Assembly: GCF_000020025.1 (NCBI RefSeq) | Contig: NC_010628.1 | Span: forward strand, 1 to 32,000 | From: Nostoc punctiforme PCC 73102 | GTDB lineage: Bacteria > Cyanobacteriota > Cyanobacteriia > Cyanobacteriales > Nostocaceae | DNA: 32,000 nucleotides | Direction of reading: 5' to 3' | Shown here: piece by piece, positions 26,198 to 32,000 of the stretch | How the letters are laid out: each line of letters begins with the position of its first letter | How positions within the stretch are numbered: the stretch's first letter is position 1 | The notes under the pieces: generated by a model | What the model was told of the DNA's origin: nothing | Databases searched by the model: none | What the model saw: the letters and a program-made list of their open reading frames with translations, nothing else | Made by a program: the position numbers and the translations under genes

Positions 26198-26935
26198 ATG
26201 AATGAATGGTACAAAGAAGACCTTGCATTTATTCATGACGACGGTTTCCGTGACTTCGCTCTCAAATCTGCTCCTGGCATCTTAGAAATCCTCGCTCAAA
26301 ACAAAATACATGATGGATTAGTGGTTGACTTGGGTTGTGGTAGCGGGTTATGGGCAGAAGAACTCACTAAGGCTCATTATCGTGTTCTCGGAGTTGATAT
26401 TTCTGAGTCGATGATTAATATTGCACGAACAAGAGTCCCAGATGCTGAATTTCGGATCGATTCACTATTCAAAACAGATATTCCGCCATGCAATGCTGTC
26501 ACCTCCATTAGTGAATGTATCAGCTATCTGTTTGATCGAGACAACGATCGCCAAATTCTTGTTCAGCTTTTCCAGCGCATATATAATGCCTTAACTCCTG
26601 GGGGTGTATTCATCTTCGACATTGCCGAAAAAGGACAAGTTGCACAAGGTACTACAACTAAGGGTTTCACTGAAGGAGAAAGCTGGGTAGTATTAGTTGA
26701 AAAATCGGAAGATTGAGAGCAAATAATTTTGACACGCCGAATTATTAGCTTCCGTAAGATGGGGGAACACTACAGACGATCTGACGAAGTACACCACGTG
26801 CGATTATACGAAGCAACAGCTATCGCAAGTGAACTCTCTGGCGTTGGCTTCCAAGTTGAAACAACTCGTAGTTATGGTCAATACATTTTGTCGAAGGGTC
26901 ATGTAGCATTTATTGCACGCAAACCCAGATTGTAA
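26198..26935 (+). pseudogene. class I SAM-dependent methyltransferase interrupted by an in-frame TGA
   Basis: ORFs 26198..26716 and 26729..26935 are in the same frame (both start positions are 2 mod 3). The junction reads gaa gat TGA gag caa ata att ttg aca. SAM motif I is VVDLGCGSGLW, and the C-terminal piece (RRIISFRKMGEHYRR..VAFIARK) continues the same fold. Confidence 0.8.
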
Positions 26936-27084
26936 ATACCTAAATTACATTCAATATCTAATTTTTTTGTTATGGTGATCCCAAAAGAATTGTTAAGTAC
27001 TTACGAGGTTCAATAGAATGACTAATCGATTCACTCGTATATTTAAATACAAGCAGTTATAAATAATTTATTTATAAAGTGTAT

Positions 27085-27501
27085 CTATTTAGGTTGGGCA
27101 ATACGCGCTTCAATATCTTCCAATGTTTGTAACAATAGACTCCTTGCCTGCAATTGCCAACCCCATCTTTGAATTCTGTAAGCTGATACAGTACCAACTA
27201 TAGCTGCTAACAAACAGATAGGTTGATTTAAAGAAATTCCGAATAACAAACCCAATCCAGCAATTCCCCAAAATGGTAAGGCTACTGTTTGTCTTTGCTC
27301 TTCCACAATTTGAGTAATTATATTAGAAGATTGCTTATTAACTAATAATGCTTCTTTGACTTGTCGTTGTTCAATTGCCGACACTGTTAAACCTATTTTT
27401 CGCCGTAGTTTTTCCATTTTGCGGGCATCAGTACTGTACTCAGTTAACTCATCTTCTGCCATTTTTAGCAGTCGTTCTAGTTGTGCCATTGTGTATTGCA
27501 T
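27085..27501 (-). CDS. hypothetical membrane protein (coiled-coil N-terminus, two hydrophobic helices)
   Basis: 138-aa ORF. Hydrophobic segments are LPFWGIAGLGLLFGISL and ICLLAAIVGTVSAY. I recognise no family. Confidence 0.6.
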   Translation of the reverse strand: MQYTMAQLERLLKMAEDELTEYSTDARKMEKLRRKIGLTVSAIEQRQVKEALLVNKQSSNIITQIVEEQRQTVALPFWGIAGLGLLFGISLNQPICLLAAIVGTVSAYRIQRWGWQLQARSLLLQTLEDIEARIAQPK

Positions 27502-27678
27502 CCGGTGTTTTGATACAGCTATTAACCTAAAAAAATGTTAACTTTTATTGACTAAAAGGTTGTATTTAATCGCCAAATTTAAAGTTACACGACAGAATGA
27601 AAAATCTAAAATTAAAGATGGGAAAAATATACTAACAGTTACGCACTTACAAATTGAGTATAAATTTAAAAGGTAATT

Positions 27679-30159
27679 ATGACTACAATATCTAAAAACA
27701 CTTTATCTCCATCTGCTCAAGAGCGATCGCTCATCTTGTGGTTTGATGAAGTTGGTATTGCTGATATCCCGTTAGTTGGTGGTAAAAATGCTTCACTGGG
27801 CGAAATGATTCAACAGCTAACGCCTAAAGGGATTAACGTTCCTACCGGATTCGCCACCACTGCTTACGCCTATCGTCATTTCATCAAATCAGCAGGTTTA
27901 GAAGCAAAACTACGCAAACTCTTTGCTGACTTGGATGTTGAGGATGTCAAAAATTTACGAGAACGGGGGAAAAAAGCGCGATCGCTATTAATCCACACCC
28001 CATTTCCTGTAGAGTTGCGAGAGGCGATCGCTACAGCCTACCAAAGTCTTTGTGAAATATACCATACAGAGACAGATGTTGCAGTCCGTTCTAGCGCCAC
28101 CGCCGAAGACCTTCCCGATGCTAGTTTTGCCGGACAGCAAGAAACTTACCTCAACGTTGTTGGTGTTGAAGGAGTTTTAGCAGCTTGTCACAAATGCTTT
28201 GCTTCCATATTTACCGATCGTGCTATTTCTTATCGCCACACCAAGGGATTTGACCACTTTAGCATTGCTCTGGCTGTGGGCGTGCAAAAAATGGTGCGCT
28301 CTGACTTAGCAACCTCTGGGGTAATGTTCTCCATTGATACAGAAACCGGATTTAAGGATGCAGCACTGATTACAGCCGCCTACGGTTTAGGTGAAAATGT
28401 TGTCCAGGGGTCTGTAAATCCTGATGAATACTATGTTTTTAAACCAACTTTAAAAGCTGGTTTCCGCCCAATTATTGATAAAAAATTGGGTAGTAAAGAA
28501 CTGAAAATGATTTATGATGACGGCTCCAAATTTACAAAAAATGTTTCGGTTTCCGCCAGCGAAAGAGGTAAATTTGCCCTGAGTGATGAAGAGATTTTAC
28601 AGCTAGGAAATTGGACGTGTTTAATTGAAGATCATTATTCTCAAGTCCACGGTATATCTACTCCAATGGATATCGAATGGGCAAAAGATGGCATTACAAA
28701 CCAACTTTTTATTGTGCAAGCGCGTCCCGAAACCGTCCAGTCGCAGAAGACAGGGAATGTGCTACGGAGTTATCGGTTGGTGTGGGGAAATAGGGAAAAA
28801 TCTTCCCACTCCTCACTCCATGATTCCCAATCACCCATTCCCCTGGTTACGGGAAGTGCAATTGGAGAAGCTATTAGTCAAGGGAAAGCCCGCCTAATTT
28901 TAGATGTTCAGAAACTCGAACAGTTTCAAGTTGGGGAAGTTTTAGTGACAGAGAGAACCGATCCCGATTGGGAACCGATTATGAAACGCGCCAGTGCAAT
29001 TGTCACCAACTCTGGTGGTAGAACCTGTCATGCAGCAATTATTGCGCGAGAATTGGGTGTCCCTGCGATCGTGGGATGTGGCAATGCTACAGAAATCTTA
29101 AAACCTGGTCAAGAGGTAACAATTTCTTGCGCCGAAGGGGAAGAGGGAAAAGTTTATGCAGGCTTATTACCTTTTGAAGTTGAAGAAGTTGCTTTAGAGA
29201 ACTTACCGCGTACCCATACTCAAATTTTAATGAATGTGGGTAATCCTCAAGAAGCATTAAGTTTATCGGCAATTCCTAACGATGGCGTAGGTTTAGCGCG
29301 AACAGAATTTATCATTGCTAACCAAATACAAATTCATCCAATGGCGTTAATTAATTATGAGTTATTAAAAGATGAATTTGCAAAAGCTAAAATTGCTGAA
29401 ATTACCTCACTTTATGACGATAAACCTCAATATTTTGTAGATAAATTAGCTCAAGGGATAGGTAGAATTGCCGCAGCATTCTATCCCAAACCAGTGATTG
29501 TGCGAATGTCAGATTTCAAAAGTAATGAATATGCGAATTTGTTAGGTGGGCGGCAGTTTGAACCCCATGAAGAAAACCCAATGCTGGGTTGGCGAGGAGC
29601 AGCACGATACTATGATGAAGGCTACAGAGAAGCTTTTGCCCTAGAATGTCATGCCCTCAAACGAGTACGGGAAGAGATGGGTTTAACAAATGTTATTCCG
29701 ATGATTCCTTTTTGTCGCACTCCTGATGAAGGGCGGTTGGTTTTGGCAGAGATGGCAAAAAATGGTTTAAAGCAAGGTGTTAACGGGTTGCAGGTTTATG
29801 TGATGTGTGAGTTGCCCAGTAATGTAATTCTGGCTGAGGAATTTGCTGAAGTATTTGATGGTTTCTCCATTGGTTCAAATGATTTAACTCAACTGACACT
29901 GGGGATAGATAGAGATTCGGCGTTGGTAGCAAGATTGTTTGATGAACGCAGTCCAGCTGTCAAACGAATGGTAAAAATGGTCATAGAAGCGGCGAAAAAA
30001 TGCGATCGCAAAATCGGCATTTGTGGACAAGCACCCAGTGATTACCCAGAATTTGCTCAGTTTTTGGTTGAACAGGGAATTGACTCAATTAGTCTGAATC
30101 CAGATTCGGTTTTAAAGACAATGCTAGAAGTAGCAAAAGCCGAGGGTACTAATTCATAA
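27679..30159 (+). CDS. ppsA: phosphoenolpyruvate synthase (PEP/water dikinase)
   Basis: 826 aa. The N-terminal ATP-grasp region has VGGKNASLGEM. The phosphohistidine swivel motif is GGRTCHAAIIARELGVPA. The C-terminal PEP-utilising domain has GFSIGSNDLTQL and ICGQAPSD. Confidence 0.97.
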   Translation: MTTISKNTLSPSAQERSLILWFDEVGIADIPLVGGKNASLGEMIQQLTPKGINVPTGFATTAYAYRHFIKSAGLEAKLRKLFADLDVEDVKNLRERGKKARSLLIHTPFPVELREAIATAYQSLCEIYHTETDVAVRSSATAEDLPDASFAGQQETYLNVVGVEGVLAACHKCFASIFTDRAISYRHTKGFDHFSIALAVGVQKMVRSDLATSGVMFSIDTETGFKDAALITAAYGLGENVVQGSVNPDEYYVFKPTLKAGFRPIIDKKLGSKELKMIYDDGSKFTKNVSVSASERGKFALSDEEILQLGNWTCLIEDHYSQVHGISTPMDIEWAKDGITNQLFIVQARPETVQSQKTGNVLRSYRLVWGNREKSSHSSLHDSQSPIPLVTGSAIGEAISQGKARLILDVQKLEQFQVGEVLVTERTDPDWEPIMKRASAIVTNSGGRTCHAAIIARELGVPAIVGCGNATEILKPGQEVTISCAEGEEGKVYAGLLPFEVEEVALENLPRTHTQILMNVGNPQEALSLSAIPNDGVGLARTEFIIANQIQIHPMALINYELLKDEFAKAKIAEITSLYDDKPQYFVDKLAQGIGRIAAAFYPKPVIVRMSDFKSNEYANLLGGRQFEPHEENPMLGWRGAARYYDEGYREAFALECHALKRVREEMGLTNVIPMIPFCRTPDEGRLVLAEMAKNGLKQGVNGLQVYVMCELPSNVILAEEFAEVFDGFSIGSNDLTQLTLGIDRDSALVARLFDERSPAVKRMVKMVIEAAKKCDRKIGICGQAPSDYPEFAQFLVEQGIDSISLNPDSVLKTMLEVAKAEGTNS

Positions 30160-30365
30160 TTCGAGTAATTTATGCCAGCTAGAGACCTGCGGAAAGATTC
30201 AGATTTGCAATCGCATAACCAACAGTAGTTGAACTTCTGGATCGCTGCCTGTAATATAGCGATCGCCATATTTAGTTTGTGTAATTGTCTACAAAACTTT
30301 TGACTGCTCAACCATAAGTATCTTAGTATTTTGCAGAATGGCTATTTAGTTTAGTCAAAAGCAAC

Positions 30366-30908
30366 ATGACAAATTTTTTGGAAACCGAACGCTTGATTAT
30401 TCGCAGTTGGATACCCGAACGCGATGCCGAACAAGCGTTTGTAATTTATAATGACCCTGAAGTTACGCACTTTCTTGGTAAAGCTTCTCTGGTAACAAGT
30501 GTTGAGTCACAGCGTCAGCGTTTGATTGACAACATCGAGCAATGGCACCGACGCAACAATGGTACTGGATCTTGGGCAATTGTCGAAAAGGAAACTACAA
30601 CAATTGTGGGAACTATCCTTCTTAAACAATTACCCGACAAAGATGGTTTACCCACTCAAGATTATGAGGTAGGCTGGCACTTGAGGCGAGCTTCTTGGGG
30701 TAAAGGGTATGCAACAGAAGCAGGACAAGTTATGCTCAATTACGGATTTAATGTTTTGAACTTGCCAGTAATTAATGCCGTAGTGAAGCCAGAAAATCAT
30801 GCCTCAATCCGTGTAACAGAACGATTGGGTATGAAACCAATAGGGCGGACAAATAAGTATTACGGTATTGAACTACTCCTGTTCCAACTAGATGCACCTG
30901 AAGAGTAG
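30366..30908 (+). CDS. GNAT family N-acetyltransferase (RimJ/RimL-like)
   Basis: 180 aa. The start TERLIIRSW is typical of this family. The acetyl-CoA-binding region reads WGKGYATEAGQVMLNYGF..INAVV.PEN.ASIRVTERLGMK. Confidence 0.9.
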   Translation: MTNFLETERLIIRSWIPERDAEQAFVIYNDPEVTHFLGKASLVTSVESQRQRLIDNIEQWHRRNNGTGSWAIVEKETTTIVGTILLKQLPDKDGLPTQDYEVGWHLRRASWGKGYATEAGQVMLNYGFNVLNLPVINAVVKPENHASIRVTERLGMKPIGRTNKYYGIELLLFQLDAPEE

Positions 30909-30950
30909 AGGGGAGCAGGGAGCAGGGGAAGCAGGGCGAGAAAGAATAAC

Positions 30951-30971
30951 TAATGACTAATGACTAATGAC
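30951..30971 (+). repeat. three tandem TAATGAC heptamers (STRR-type), the last providing the GT39 start codon
   Basis: The units are taatgac at 30951..30957, 30958..30964 and 30965..30971. They are preceded by AGCAGGG-type heptamers at 30914..30936. Confidence 0.85.
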
Positions 30972-32000
30972 TAAAAAATGGTTCCGAATTGGGCTGTTGG
31001 GTATATTTATTCTCTCACTCGCCTTGAGGTTTTGGGGGCTGGAGCGATTCAACACTCTGGTATTTGATGAAGTTTACTTTGCCAAATTTGGTAATAATTA
31101 TCTCACACATACACCATTTTTTAATGCTCATCCGCCACTGAGCCAATATATGATTGGCATCGGCATTTGGATTGGCAGCCACATTCCTTTTTGGCACGAT
31201 ACGGTAAATGGACTGACGGGTTCATTGCGATCGCCTTGGACTTATCGTTGGTTCAATGCCCTTACTGGCTCATTTATCCCTTTAGTTGTAGCTGCGATCG
31301 CTTATCAATTGAGTTATCGCCGTAGCTTTGCAATACTTGCTGGTTTATTTACAGCTTGTGATGGCATTTTTCTAGTCGAATCTCGTTATGCTTTAAGTAA
31401 TATTTATATTGTCATCTTTGGTTTATTAGGACACTGGTTTTTATTATTAGCATTAGATAACCAAAATCGACGACGTTCATTTTGGTTGATTTTTGCTGGC
31501 ATTGCTTTTGGTGCGTCAGTCGGTACTAAGTGGAACGGTTTATGGTTCTTATCAGGTGCTTATCTTATTTGGATAGTAGCTTGGGTAATTCACGGAATGC
31601 ATTCTTTTGCTAATCCCAAACTCTTTTTTACATCCCCCTCATTAGAGGAGGAAGGAGGCAAGAGGCAGAAGGCAGGAGGCAGAATTCAGGAGCCAGAAGT
31701 CAGGAGTCAGGAGGTAGGAGTTAGTACTTATTCTCCACCATTTATACCATCTACCTCATCTGAGTCACCACTACAAAACTTGACTCAACTAAATATTTTC
31801 CAGATGTTATTTTATCTAGGAATAATTCCAGCTTTTATCTATAGCATCATCTGGATTCCTCACCTTCAGCTAGATAAAACTTATGGATTTATTGCAGTAC
31901 ATCAGCAAATTTTGAAATTTCACTTGCATTTAGGTGGTAATAGTTCGGATGTACATCCTTATTGTGCTGCTTGGTACAAATGGCCTTTGATGATTCGACC
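30967..32000 (+). CDS. GT39/PMT-family phospholipid-carrier-dependent glycosyltransferase (5' part; continues beyond the window)
   Basis: This gene is not in the ORF track because no stop is reached. My hand translation from ATG 30967 gives MTKKWFRIGLLGIFILSLALRFWGLERFNTLVFDEVYFAKFGNNYL..NAHPPLSQYMIGIGIW...VHPYCAAWYKWPLMIRP. The frame is open to base 32000, and these are hallmark PMT/ArnT-like motifs. Confidence 0.85.
   Translation, partial: MTKKWFRIGLLGIFILSLALRFWGLERFNTLVFDEVYFAKFGNNYLTHTPFFNAHPPLSQYMIGIGIWIGSHIPFWHDTVNGLTGSLRSPWTYRWFNALTGSFIPLVVAAIAYQLSYRRSFAILAGLFTACDGIFLVESRYALSNIYIVIFGLLGHWFLLLALDNQNRRRSFWLIFAGIAFGASVGTKWNGLWFLSGAYLIWIVAWVIHGMHSFANPKLFFTSPSLEEEGGKRQKAGGRIQEPEVRSQEVGVSTYSPPFIPSTSSESPLQNLTQLNIFQMLFYLGIIPAFIYSIIWIPHLQLDKTYGFIAVHQQILKFHLHLGGNSSDVHPYCAAWYKWPLMIR
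31647..31723 (+). repeat. eleven tandem heptamers (GGAGGCA-type) embedded in the GT39 coding sequence
   Basis: The units from 31647 in steps of 7 are ggaggaa, ggaggca, agaggca, gaaggca, ggaggca, gaattca, ggagcca, gaagtca, ggagtca, ggaggta, ggagtta. They are translated as EEGGKRQKAGGRIQEPEVRSQEVGV. Confidence 0.85.

Noticed and set aside
30057-31197. Minus-strand ORFs 30057..30311 and 31015..31197
   Set aside because: The first overlaps the 3' end of ppsA. The second is antisense to the strongly supported N-terminus of the GT39 glycosyltransferase. Neither has motifs.
30914-31723. CRISPR-like reading of the tandem short repeats
   Set aside because: The units are 7 nt and directly abutting with no spacers, and there are no cas genes. 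These are STRR-type heptamer arrays, not CRISPR.

Overview
The window looks like a cyanobacterial (Nostocales-like) chromosome starting at dnaA. Three things support this. The HIP1 octamer GCGATCGC recurs (e.g. 1470..1477, 1506..1513, 7133..7140, 14731..14738). There are tandem heptanucleotide (STRR-type) arrays. Most intergenic spacers hold small hairpin or MITE-like repeats. Recognisable genes are dnaA, a GHL10-like membrane-anchored hydrolase, a glutamine-synthetase-family ligase, an MBL-fold hydrolase, ribD, a HAD/polytopic-membrane fusion protein, a Hanks Ser/Thr kinase, a GH13+CBM20 amylase, ppsA, a GNAT acetyltransferase, and a GT39/PMT-type glycosyltransferase that runs off the 3' edge and is missing from the ORF track. 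Two metabolic genes appear decayed: a class-I aminotransferase (homopolymer frameshift plus in-frame TGA) and a SAM methyltransferase (in-frame TGA). The stand-out is an AT-rich segment of about 7.6 kb (about 7105..14775). It carries only two translationally coupled minus-strand genes: a 434-aa stand-alone P-loop ATPase and a 2012-aa protein with an N-terminal unknown module, TPR-like helices, a STAND-type NTPase, a hydrophobic helix and 21 WD40 blades. The segment is bracketed by a diverged duplicate of the last ~20 codons plus stop of the neighbouring MBL gene, so it looks like an inserted cassette and a candidate NTPase-based conflict/defence module with no recognisable effector. All family assignments come from motif recognition by eye. 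No searches were run.
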